A stretch of DNA of 64,000 nt from Verrucomicrobiales bacterium (GTDB lineage Bacteria > Verrucomicrobiota > Verrucomicrobiia > Verrucomicrobiales > V1-33), in contig JANOAV010000086.1 of the NCBI GenBank assembly GCA_031411295.1, forward strand, positions 60,242 through 124,241, written 5' to 3'. The translations under genes were made by a program, and so were the position numbers. The notes beneath the pieces are model-generated. The model was not told where the DNA came from. It did no database searches and saw nothing but the letters and a program-made list of their open reading frames with translations. Positions within the stretch are counted from its first letter, which is position 1, and each line of letters begins with the position of its first letter. This document shows, in pieces, positions 1 to 10,700 of the stretch.

Positions 1-3000
1 CTTTTCTCTTGTTCGGGCAGTTCCACCGGAACGAGTGCGAGGCCAACGAGGCCGAAGAGTTTGGTGTGGAGTTTGAGATTTACCGGAGTGGCAAATTCGA
101 ATGGACTGCGACGGGATTCGCCAAAGGTATCGGAATCAAGGAAGCGCAAAGCGGTGTGATTAGGAATGCGCACGCTCAACGTTTGTCCAATCTGGGAGCA
201 GGCGTTGAGGACGCGGTATTCCAGATGAATGGTGAGTGGCTGAGTGAGATCCAATTGGTTTTCAACTTTGGCGAGGGAGACTTGGCCGCGCTCGCGATTC
301 ATCCCTAAAAGGCGCTGGATGGCCGTGGTGGCATCGCGTCGCTCGGTATTTTTGGCCAGCAGATAGCGCATCTCACAAGCCGTGAGGCCCGTCAGTTGGA
401 TGGATTCTTTGATATCCAAATGGCGGGCATCGAGGACTTGGGCGGTGCGTTCGACGGTGATGGATTCGCTGCCGGCGGGGATGGATTTTATTTTCACGAG
501 CTTGGAAGCATCGATACTAAACTCTGAGGAAGCCTCGCCTAACACGAGGACATATTTATCTGCCAAGAGCAGCGGGGGGACGCCGGCCTCGGGTGCCATA
601 AATTTGTTGGTGCAATCAATGAAATCGAATTCTCCTTTGGTGACGGAGGGCACCGCGGTAATCATGTGATTGAAGGCTCCCAGGGAGGGGAGATCTGGTT
701 GCACTGCGGTGGAGGCATTGGCGAGCACAAGTTTGGCAGGGATGCCGACGGCCTTGAGCATTTGATAGAGCAGCACGCTGTGGTCCTTACAGTCTCCGTA
801 GCGATTCTTCACGCTTTCGAGAGCCGTGTTAGGAATGAGGCCGCGCATGCCGAACTCAATGGCGGCATAGCTGAGCGAGTCTCTCACGTATTGGGAGAGG
901 ATGGAAATTTTTTCGGCGTCGGTCTTACAGTTTTTAGTTTTGTCCTTAGCCAGCTTGGTGATGCCTTCATCGGGACGAATTTTATGCTGGATCAGGCTCA
1001 GATACTCAAGCCCCAGGCGCGCCCAACTCTCGGAACCATCGCCTGTCCAGAGCACGGGGACGAATTTCTCCAGGGACGGTTGGTGCATTTCATCGGAGAT
1101 CCCGGGGAGGGAGCGTTCCACCCAGATGTAACCAGTGGGAACCTTGAGGGGCTTGGAGTTTTTGCTGTGGCGATACTCCACTTTGGCTACGGGGCTATGG
1201 ATGTAAAGGATGTCCAGCGCGCAGGGCATTTCGGTGGCGAAGTGGAAACTGCTCGTAAGTGGCCCGTCCATGACCCCGAGGCTTTGTTCCGTAACGGTGT
1301 ATTCGAGCACGCAACCCGGAGTGAGGCCGGGCACGGGGACGTTGAGGAGTTTCATCCCGGTGAGCATGCCATCCGCATTGTCCTCGGTCACGAAGGCTTC
1401 CTTCATGTTAGCTGGGGCCACGGTCTTGCCATCCGGCGTGCGCACATGGAGTTCGTTGACTTGAATGCGTTCGCCTCGCGGATGGAAGGGCAATTTCAGG
1501 ATGTTAAACTCTTCCATCCCGGTGCTGTTCTGAATGCGAATGGAGTAGCGGTTAGTGGAAGTGAAGGCGCTGCCCGGGTCGTAGGTGACCGAGCGGATGC
1601 GGTAGAGGAACTGGTAAGGATCGTCGGTTTTCGGGGTGTTGGCGTAGGGCTCGGTGCGCAAAAGTTTTTGGATGTCAGGTGGCAGCGGAATCGGTGGGGC
1701 CTGCGGGCCGTCTTCCCGCAGGACCGGGCCTCCGGCATCATCGGTTATAGCATAAGCCAGGTCGTCCAGATCCCGCAGGTTGGGATTGTATTGGCGGGCT
1801 TTGGCCAGGGTTTCGGTGGCTTTCTTCTCATCCCCCAAGCTGCGTTCGCAAGTGGCCCGCAGCAGCCAGGCCATGCCCGCCTGGGGGTCCAACTTCAACA
1901 CGCCCATGGCCGCGTCCAAGCCAATCTGGTGGGCTTTATGAACTTTGAGGAAAAGCAGAATGTCCCGTGCGAGTTCCCGGTTTTTACGAACGCCAGCGAT
2001 CAAGCCTTCCATGATTTCCACGGCGCGACGCTTGGTTTCCGGCGTATTGTAGAGAATGTAGGACTCCCACAGGCGCCAGGCGTTGTCCGGCGCGCGCTGG
2101 CTGAGCACGTCGAGGACGCGCAGGGCTTCATCTTTGGCGTGGGCTTCGCGGAGGATGTCGAGGTAGCTTTCGATGGACTCGAAGGTGAGCGCATGTTCGT
2201 CGTTGCAGGAGCTTTGCAGGGCGGTGGTGACTAACGTGGTGGCGATTTCAACTTTGTTGTGTCGGGCCATGAATTTGGCGGCTTGGAGCAGGGAGTTGGC
2301 CTCCCGCGGCAGGGCGCGCCATTCCTTTTCCAGCAAGGCGGTGGCTTTGTCAGCTTGACTGAGTTTGGACATGACCTCGCAGAGGGACAACAGCATGGAA
2401 AAGCTGGCGCGAGTCTGGTAGGCCCGGTCATAGAGATCCATCGCGGCGGCCAGTCGATTGGCCTGCTCATGCTCCCGACCCAGATTGCTGAGGACATGCT
2501 CCCAAACTTCCGTGCAGGCGCCCGGGGTATGCTGGGTGGTCAGCTTGGAGAGATCATAAGCGGGCGCGCTCCATTGCACACGATCCAACATGGCGGTGAG
2601 CTGGGCTTGGGAGTGCTTTTCAGAAAAGGAACAAGCACCCAGCGCATAAACCATCTCCCCGCGTCGCACCAAGCGGAAGACGAAGAGGGCTGGGTTGAGT
2701 TCGCGTGAGATCTGTCCGGCATACTCTACTCCGTCGAGTTCGTGTGCCTTGAACGGACGTTCCTGTTGGCGGTCCACTGCCGTGTCCGGGAACCAAGCGC
2801 CAAGCACGAGCGAGGCTAAATGAGCCGGATCGACCGTCAGATCTTTTGGTAAATGGAACACCGAGAGACCGCAGAGGTCTCCCTCCGCCGTTTGATAGCC
2901 CACCGAGGGCGACCCCAGTTGCCCGGAAGCAATGGGACGGCGTTTCAGGGCATCCTGCGAAGCCACGTAGGAGCGGTTCTGATGCATGGTGGTGAAGGAG

Positions 3001-4481
3001 GAAAACAGGGTGGGTGCATCCGGGATGATGCTCCAAGCCGGTCCCGGGCTGGGGAGATCGATTCCAGTCTCTGGTGCGATGGAGCGGGGATCGCTGAGTG
3101 TGAAATTGTTCAAAGTGGAGAACCGAAGGTCTTTTATCAGCGGCTTGACGCTGCGCAGAATTTGCTCTGACATGGCGGGGAGCCGCTCGTAGGCTTTGCT
3201 GCCCTGTCCGGTAAAACGAAAATTGTAGGCGGTGCCATTCTCGAGTAATTCGTATTCCAAGATCGTTACTGGTCGGGGGCGAAAATAATCTGAACTCTGT
3301 TCCTCTTCTTTGCGGAAGAATTGAAATTTCCGCCCGCCAATGTCCTTGGCCTCACTCACTTGTCCCGTTTCGGAGGCTCCGTGCGCCAGACTCATCCGAA
3401 ATAGTTGGCCGGCAAGGTTCTCCTTTAATTGGCTGTTGGCTCCCGCAGCGTCTGTCGTCAGGGTGCCGTGGACGGTAGTTGTCATGACGACCCGGCAATC
3501 AGGATCCTGCAAGTTGACCAACTGCCCGATCTGGTTATTGCCGCCAGGATGTAGGGGCAACCATGAGTCTGGTGCTTCAAAAGCAATGTTCCAAGCGTCG
3601 CTCGTCACTTTCACAGCGGCTTGGGCGGCCATCGGGGCGGGTGGGAAAATTTTCGCAATGATTTCTTTGGCTCCTGCGAGCGACACCTCCGGGGCTTTGC
3701 CCAACTGCCATAAAGCCAGCCAAGTGAGCATCAACCCAGCGGCCAACCCAGATAGTCTTAACGCGAGGCGGATCCACAGCTTCTGCGATGCTCCGGAGTT
3801 ACGGTCTGGGATGACCAATCGCACCGCAGGCGGTTGGTAGGCTAGAAAGGCCGGTAACGGAGGATCGTCGGTGGCGGAATTCGCGTCCGCCGCCGCTGCC
3901 TCCGTGCTGGTTTGGTTGGGTGGCCCAAAGTTCGACGATCCTGCATCTGAACCGGAAATGGGGGCAAAGGGCGTGGGCGGCAGTGACGGCGGGGCGCTTG
4001 GTGCCTCCCGATTCGGTGGGCCAAAATTTGACGATCCGGCATTCGCCCCGGAAGGAGGAGCAAATGGTGTGGGTGGCAGTGACAGCGGGGCGCTTGGCAC
4101 GTCCGGGTTGGGTGGTCCGAGATTTGAAGCTATGGCATTTTTTGCTGATGCTTGGGGCGCAGCTAGGGGAGAAATGGGCCCGGGCAGGTTCGCACCAGTC
4201 AGAACAGGTCTTGGGAACGCGGGCACCGCGCTTGGCGCTATGGGTGGGGCCACCACCACCGTGCGCTCCGATTCTGGTCTCGGGGTGAAGGGTTTGATCA
4301 CAACCTCCGGCCTTCGCGCAACTTCAGCAGCCGCGGCGGGAGCCGTGACCGTTGCGCCACAATTAGGGCAAGGGCCTGTCACCCCACCCATTTCCCGAGG
4401 AATTCGCAAGGTGGTCTGGCAGTTGGAACAGGCAAAACTGATTTCGAAAGGAGCATTCGAATCGTTCGGTTGGAGGGACAT
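1..4481 (-). CDS. Membrane-anchored zinc-ribbon / Pro-rich / TPR / DUF3857 + transglutaminase-like protein (3' end lies outside the window)
   Basis: Manual translation of the minus frame from ATG at 4481 found no stop to the window edge. It reads MSLQPND..CSNC..CPNC (Zn ribbon), a Pro-rich linker, a TM helix (LALRLSGLAAGLMLTWLALW), TPR-like helices, PVPGLTPGCVLEY (DUF3857-like), then YGDCKDHSVLL, FNHMI and FIDCT (Cys-His-Asp triad). The + ORFs 9-308, 666-2234, 2259-2708 and 2853-3170 are in-register antisense shadows. Confidence 0.85.
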   Translation of the reverse strand, partial: MSLQPNDSNAPFEISFACSNCQTTLRIPREMGGVTGPCPNCGATVTAPAAAAEVARRPEVVIKPFTPRPESERTVVVAPPIAPSAVPAFPRPVLTGANLPGPISPLAAPQASAKNAIASNLGPPNPDVPSAPLSLPPTPFAPPSGANAGSSNFGPPNREAPSAPPSLPPTPFAPISGSDAGSSNFGPPNQTSTEAAAADANSATDDPPLPAFLAYQPPAVRLVIPDRNSGASQKLWIRLALRLSGLAAGLMLTWLALWQLGKAPEVSLAGAKEIIAKIFPPAPMAAQAAVKVTSDAWNIAFEAPDSWLPLHPGGNNQIGQLVNLQDPDCRVVMTTTVHGTLTTDAAGANSQLKENLAGQLFRMSLAHGASETGQVSEAKDIGGRKFQFFRKEEEQSSDYFRPRPVTILEYELLENGTAYNFRFTGQGSKAYERLPAMSEQILRSVKPLIKDLRFSTLNNFTLSDPRSIAPETGIDLPSPGPAWSIIPDAPTLFSSFTTMHQNRSYVASQDALKRRPIASGQLGSPSVGYQTAEGDLCGLSVFHLPKDLTVDPAHLASLVLGAWFPDTAVDRQQERPFKAHELDGVEYAGQISRELNPALFVFRLVRRGEMVYALGACSFSEKHSQAQLTAMLDRVQWSAPAYDLSKLTTQHTPGACTEVWEHVLSNLGREHEQANRLAAAMDLYDRAYQTRASFSMLLSLCEVMSKLSQADKATALLEKEWRALPREANSLLQAAKFMARHNKVEIATTLVTTALQSSCNDEHALTFESIESYLDILREAHAKDEALRVLDVLSQRAPDNAWRLWESYILYNTPETKRRAVEIMEGLIAGVRKNRELARDILLFLKVHKAHQIGLDAAMGVLKLDPQAGMAWLLRATCERSLGDEKKATETLAKARQYNPNLRDLDDLAYAITDDAGGPVLREDGPQAPPIPLPPDIQKLLRTEPYANTPKTDDPYQFLYRIRSVTYDPGSAFTSTNRYSIRIQNSTGMEEFNILKLPFHPRGERIQVNELHVRTPDGKTVAPANMKEAFVTEDNADGMLTGMKLLNVPVPGLTPGCVLEYTVTEQSLGVMDGPLTSSFHFATEMPCALDILYIHSPVAKVEYRHSKNSKPLKVPTGYIWVERSLPGISDEMHQPSLEKFVPVLWTGDGSESWARLGLEYLSLIQHKIRPDEGITKLAKDKTKNCKTDAEKISILSQYVRDSLSYAAIEFGMRGLIPNTALESVKNRYGDCKDHSVLLYQMLKAVGIPAKLVLANASTAVQPDLPSLGAFNHMITAVPSVTKGEFDFIDCTNKFMAPEAGVPPLLLADKYVLVLGEASSEFSIDASKLVKIKSIPAGSESITVERTAQVLDARHLDIKESIQLTGLTACEMRYLLAKNTERRDATTAIQRLLGMNRERGQVSLAKVENQLDLTQPLTIHLEYRVLNACSQIGQTLSVRIPNHTALRFLDSDTFGESRRSPFEFATPVNLKLHTKLFGLVGLALVPVELPEQEK
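3919..4130 (-). repeat. Intragenic 96-bp (32-aa) tandem repeat, about 2.2 copies, in the Pro-rich linker
   Basis: GGTGG(C/G/T)CC starts recur at 3919, 4015 and 4111. The unit encodes SN(F/L)GPPN..PSAP.SLPPTPFAP.SG..AGS. Confidence 0.8.
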
Positions 4482-4733
4482 AGTTGGAGAGTTGAAAGAT
4501 CGGCTTTTCTCTAATCTACCTTGATAAATTCGTAAATTCAATAATTTTCATAAATAATATTAAAATGAGCAGAAAATCTCAATCCAACGGGCGAGAAACT
4601 GCTTTCCTGCGAATTACCGATGGACGTATTTTTTTGCTGCGGTTCGCGCACAAAATCGGTAGTTTGACCGGGAATTAAATCCTCGGTCCAGAATCTTGCT
4701 GAGACCTTATCCCCAAATCCCCCTCACTTGCTC

Positions 4734-7700
4734 ATGAAATTTCCCCATTTCGTAACGTGTCTGCGCCCCATCATTTTAAGTGCTCTAGCATTCTGGTGCG
4801 GCCAAGCTCATGCCGGCAACTCCATTTATAACAGTGCCGTGCTGGCGGATGGTCCACTGACGTTCTGGTCGTTCGATGAAACGACGGGCACGGTGGCGAA
4901 TGACTCGGCCACGGCTGCCGGGGCTCCACAGCAGGGGGCGCAGAATGGGAGCTATGAGAATTGCACGCTGGGCGCTCCTTCTGGCGCGGTGAATTTGGGA
5001 ACGTGCATTACTTTAAACGGGACGAGTGCCCGGGCGAGGTTTCCTTACGTCTCGTTCTTTGATCTGGCAGCGGGGGATTTCTCCGTGGAGCTGTGGTATA
5101 AAACGACGAGCACCGCCCGCGGGGACATTTTTAATTTCAAGAACACGAACGACTTCGGCATCTTTGCCAATCAGGCGGGCAATGGCACCATCGGTGGCTG
5201 GCACAATGGGTTCCTGCCCGGCATCGCGACGGTGCCGATTAATAATTGGTATCATGTGGTCTATGTTAGAACTGGTGGAAACATCACCCTGTATGTCAAT
5301 GGCGTGGCTTCTGGATCGCAGGCCAACGCGCAGAGCATGTCTTCGGGTGCTGAAATCACGGTGGGCGATAACAAGGGTGGGTCCTGGTTCGCTGGCTCCG
5401 TGGATGAAGTGGCGTATTATCCCTCCGCCTTGAGTGCTGCCCGCGTGGCGGCTCACTACGCGGCCGCATCGCAAACGAGTGCCAATGCTCCGGTCGTGTT
5501 GACAGGATCGGCCACCAGCATTGTCGGGACCTCGGCTACGTTAAACGGAAGTTTCAGTGCGGTCGGCAGTCCAAATCCTAACGTGACCATTTATTGGGGG
5601 CCAACCAATGGCGGCACGGTCCCTGCGAATTGGGCGAACACCGTCAATCTGGGAGCGCAGTCGGGGGCATTTGCTACGACCATTACCGGGCTGGCTCCGG
5701 CTACGACGTATTATTTCATCGCTTACGCCAGCAATGCCAGCGGCACCAGTTATGGCGCGCCAGGATCCAGTTTCGTCTCTGCCAATGGCCCGCCTGCGGT
5801 AAGCAACGTAGCCGCCACGAACATTCTGGCCAGCAGTGCCACGATCGGTGCGCAGGTGACAAACACCGGCGGGGTAACTCCTGTAGTGACAGTTTATTAC
5901 GGCACCACGGATGGGGGCACTACGGTGGGAAATTGGGCCAACTCTGTGAGCTTGGGCACCTTGAATGGCACTGGCACTGCGAACATCTCTAACTTGACGA
6001 TGAACAGCACGTATTACTTCCGCGCCTTGGCGACGAATACGGCGGGAAGCACCTGGGCGGCCAGTTCAGGAACGTTCGCGACGCCTGTAGCCTCCCTGCC
6101 GAGCGTTGCTAACAGCGCGGCAACCGACATCACAGGCTATTCCGCCTCCTTGCGGGGAACGGTGACAGCCACCGGAAACGATCCTCCAGTGGTGAAAATT
6201 TACTACGGCACCACCGATGGCGGATCCACGGTGGGAAGCTGGACTAGCAATGTGACCCTGCCTGCACAACCAGCGAATTTCGCCAAGGCCGTGGGCGGGT
6301 TGGCGGCCAATACCACTTACTTTTATCGCGCCTGGGCGCAGAATTCCGCAGGCTCCGTCTGGGCCTCCAGCAGCAGTTCATTTGCGACCACAGGTTTTAC
6401 TCCACGGTCGCTGGTAATTAATGAAATTCACTATCACCCAGTGGAGGAAGATGCCTTTAATCCTGACGGAACGCCCACTCTGGATCTCACGAACGACGTG
6501 CATGAGTTCGTGGAAATCTACAACAACACCGGCAGTCCCATTGTGCTGGACGGCTTTAAACTGGCTGGGGGCATTGGCTTCACATTTCCTGTCGGGACCA
6601 CCATCACAGCGGGCGGGTATCGGGTCATCGCGAAGAATCCCGCGCGATTGATGACGGTTTACAGCGGGCTCACGAACGTGCTAGGTCCTTACACCGGAAC
6701 GCTGGGAAACAATGGTGATACCGTGCGCATCGAAAATGGCTCGGGAAATCTGGTCGATGAAGTGACCTACGAAGCGGCCTTTCCGTGGGCCAACGGAGCC
6801 GATGCCATGGGCGCGGCGGAAGATTTCACTTTAGTGAGCCCGACTCCCTATCAGTATAAAGGTCGCTCCCTGCAACGTGTTAGTGTTACTGCGGAATCCA
6901 GTGATCCGGCCAACTGGCTGGCCTCGCCACTGGGATCGGCCCCGACTCCGGGAGCCGTCAATGCAGTGAGTTTGGCGGTGCCAGCGCCTGTGGGCGTGAG
7001 TTTCTCCGCTGTGCAATCAGCAGATGATGCCGCCCTGATTCGCGCTGCGGCCACGGTGCGGGTGACGTTTACCCTAACCAGCACGGCGGGCTTGTTCAAT
7101 CCGCAGGTGGAGTATTTCGTGGATAACATTAACTCCTTTGCCGAGGTTCATAGTTTCGTATCGCTCACTGGGATTGGAAACAATCAATTCACCGCTGTCC
7201 TGCCCGGGCAGGTGGATCGCAGCATTGTAAGGTATCGTTTCCTGGGGAATCTGGGCGCTGGTATGGTGCAGTTAGTGCCGCGCATGGATGATGCCAAGAT
7301 TGTGCCGGTCAGCTTTACAGGACGTGAGGCTTGGTGTTCGTATTTCGTCACACCAGTGCGGACTTCGACCAACTCGATCTATGATTTATTTGTTTCCAAT
7401 GATGGCACTGCCACCAATCCCGGAGCCCCGTTCAATGGCCTGAATGGCCTGCAAACCATGGGTTACAACTCGCTGGGTAATCCCAAGCGCGCCACCACTG
7501 CGGACACCAACGGTGTGCCGCGTGATGTGCCGTATGTCCCCGCAACCGCGCAACTTTGGAATGGCTCCGTGCCTGCAATCTTCGTGGAGAATGGCCGGGT
7601 GCGCGATGCCCATTTCCGGCTCCACGGCAGTCGGTATAATCGCAGCCCGACCCGCCAAACGTATAAACTTCGTTTCTCCGATACCGAGCGCTATCAGGAT

Positions 7701-10700
7701 GCGGACAGTGAGTTCATCACGGACAAGAGCGACTACTTCAGCGTGATGCACGGCCTTTATCAAAATGCTAATTTGCCAATCTCCGCCGTTCGTTGGATCG
7801 ACTGGTATATGAATGGCGATGCCAAAGTGGTGAAGCTGGAGCAGGGCGAATACAATGGTGACTTGCTGGATAAATTCCACACCGCACAGGCTGCGCTGAA
7901 CCCCGGCACACCGAAGGAAGCGAGTGGCGAATTTTATAAAGATGTCGGCATCATCTCCTCGTTTGGTGAAGAAGGACCCTACTCCACCGGAGACGGTCGG
8001 CCTTTGGTGGGAAGCGGGCTTTGGAGCACGGTCCAGAAGTATCAATGGACCTATCTCATGCAGTCCAACTCCTGGAAAGGGGCCACCCAAATGAAGAACT
8101 TCTTCGAAAACATGTGGGCTGCTCGGGCCGATACCGTGGCAGCTCCTAATCCCAACGTGCCCGCCCTGCGCGCTTATCTGGACAGCGTCATGGATGTGGA
8201 CACGGAACTCACTTCCATGGCCATTCTGAATTGGGCATGTCCGTGGGATGATACTTCGCAGAACCATTTCTTCTGGCAACGTGCCAATGGTAAGTGGGCG
8301 CATTTTCCATGGGACTTCGATGGCTTCTTTGGCAATGGCGATACCACGGGCGCTAACTCCTGGATCTATCTGGGTGAAAACGGCACACCATCACCTGCCA
8401 CCAATACTTATGGAACGGTGTTAGGGAATAACTTCCGTGGCCCCAACTACTTCAAGGACAGTTTCCTCAAGGCCTACCGCACGGAATACAACGCACGGCT
8501 CTGGGTATTAAATAACACCTATCTGCATCCCGACACCTTGAAGACTATTTTCTTCACCACGGGCACCGGAGCACCGCAGAGCTACTACAGCTACATCAAT
8601 GCCGTGAAGGCCGGCTTCTGTGAAGGCCGTTTCAACAGCGTTAACGTTCAGTTAGGCAAGGCGGCGGACGGTAGTGATTTCCTGCGCCCAGCCAAGCCCA
8701 CCAACGCCGCGCCATTGGCTGGGTCCACCGCGTTGCCGGCTTCCAATATGACCGCCAGTGCTTACACGCACAGCAGTGGGAACACGACTGGCGGCAATGC
8801 TCATACCAAATCGAAGTGGGAACTGCGGCACTCGGCAGGCACGTATCTGGCGCCCATCATGGTCACCACAAGCACGACGAATCTAACCTCCATGCCGATT
8901 CCGTTCGCAGATCTCACCTTCGGTCAGACGTATTTCTGGCGCGTCACTTACATTGATGCCTCGGATCATCCATCCCTAACATCGGCGGAAACATCGTTTA
9001 TCTACGGGCCGCAAGCCAGTTCCCAGACCATCATCAACTTCGGAGATGCTTGGAAATATAACAACAGCACGGCCTTCACAGACAACTCCTGGGCGCAGCC
9101 TGCCTTCAACGACAGCGCCTGGACGAACGGAAACGGAGTCTTCCTGCAATCAGGCGAACCCATTCTGGCCCCAGGCGCAGCCGGCACAGTGGTGCCGGCG
9201 CCAGGAACCCTAACCCCAGCAGGTCGCGCCTATTTGTTCCGCAAACATTTTAACTTCCCCGCCAATCCTCTAACCGCCACCATCCGCATCCGCCACTACG
9301 TGGACGATGGCTGTGTCATCTGGATCAACGGTCAGAAGGTGCACCGCTACTTCATGAATGAGCAGGCAAATTACACTACCGCAGAGTTCGATGCCGCTGC
9401 CGCAGGTCCGGGCGAAGCTGCCTATCAATATGCCGACGCGGTCACGAACACGACCAACTTTGCTTACATCGACCCGCGTCCTTTCATGGTGCAGGGGGAC
9501 AACGTCATCGCTGTCGAAGTGCATCAGGTCAATGCCACCAGTTCCGACATCGTGATGGGACTGGAAATGACCGCCGTGCTGCCTGCGTTGGCGGGTGATG
9601 TGGTCATCAACGAGATCCTGGCCAATGGTGGAGGCGCGGCGGATTACATCGAACTCAAGAACAATACCAATGCCGTTGTCAGCCTGACAAACCATGGACT
9701 AACAGACGATATCCTGAATCCCACGCGCTACGTTTTCCCTGCTGGGACCACGATTCCGGCCAATGGCTACCTCCGGATTTACTGTGATAACGATTTACTA
9801 ACTCCAGGTTTGCACACTGGATTCGGTTTGTCGTCAGGAGGGCAGGCCGTAGTGCTCACCAATGCAGGCACCCTGCGCGACCGCGTTCCATTTGGTCCGC
9901 AGGCGCGCGGCCTTTCGATTGGTCGGGTGCCGGACGGCACGGGCGGATTTGTGCTGACAACGCCAAGCCCGTTGGCGACAAATATAGCGGTGGCTACGCT
10001 GGGTTCCACTGCCAACTTGCGCGTGAATGAATGGATGGCCAGTCCCGCTCATGGCGATGATTGGTTCGAAATTTATAACACCGATGCGAATCCCGTCGCT
10101 CTGGCTGGATTGTATCTCAGTGATACGCCATCCACGCCCCTGCTAACACAGATTCCAGCGCTCTCGTTCATTGCTGGAAAAGGCTACGCAGACTTCGTGG
10201 CTGACGGCAGCACGACTGGATTTAATCGGTGTAATTTCAAATTGTCCGGCAGTGGCGAGCGCATCTTAATTACCAGCACATCGGGCGCGGCCACGTTGGA
10301 CAGCGTGATCTTTGGCACGCAGCAAACCAACGTTTCCCAAGGTCGCTTGCCCGATGGCGGTGGCACCATCCTCGCCTTCCCCTTTAGCAGTTCGCGCGAG
10401 GGCAGTAATTGGTTGGAAAGCCAGGTGGTAGTTAATGAACTGCAGAACTCCTCGGGGATTGCGGACGACTTCATTGAGTTGAAAAACCTCAGTGCTGCCG
10501 CCATCAATATCAGTGGATGGTGGCTGTCAGACGATGGAGATGTGCGGCAGAAATATCAATTCCCGTCCGGCACGATCATCCCGGCCGGTGGACTGCTTTC
10601 GATTTTCCAAACCCAGTTTGGCGCAGGAACGATCCCATTTGCCTTCAGTGCCAGTGGTGAAAAAGCCGTGCTCACAGCGGTTAGTGGTGGACTGGAAACG

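Noticed and set aside
666..2234. 522-aa + strand ORF (also 9-308, 2259-2708, 2853-3170, 3871-4524)
   Set aside because: Antisense shadows of the minus-strand transglutaminase-like gene, which carries clear motifs.
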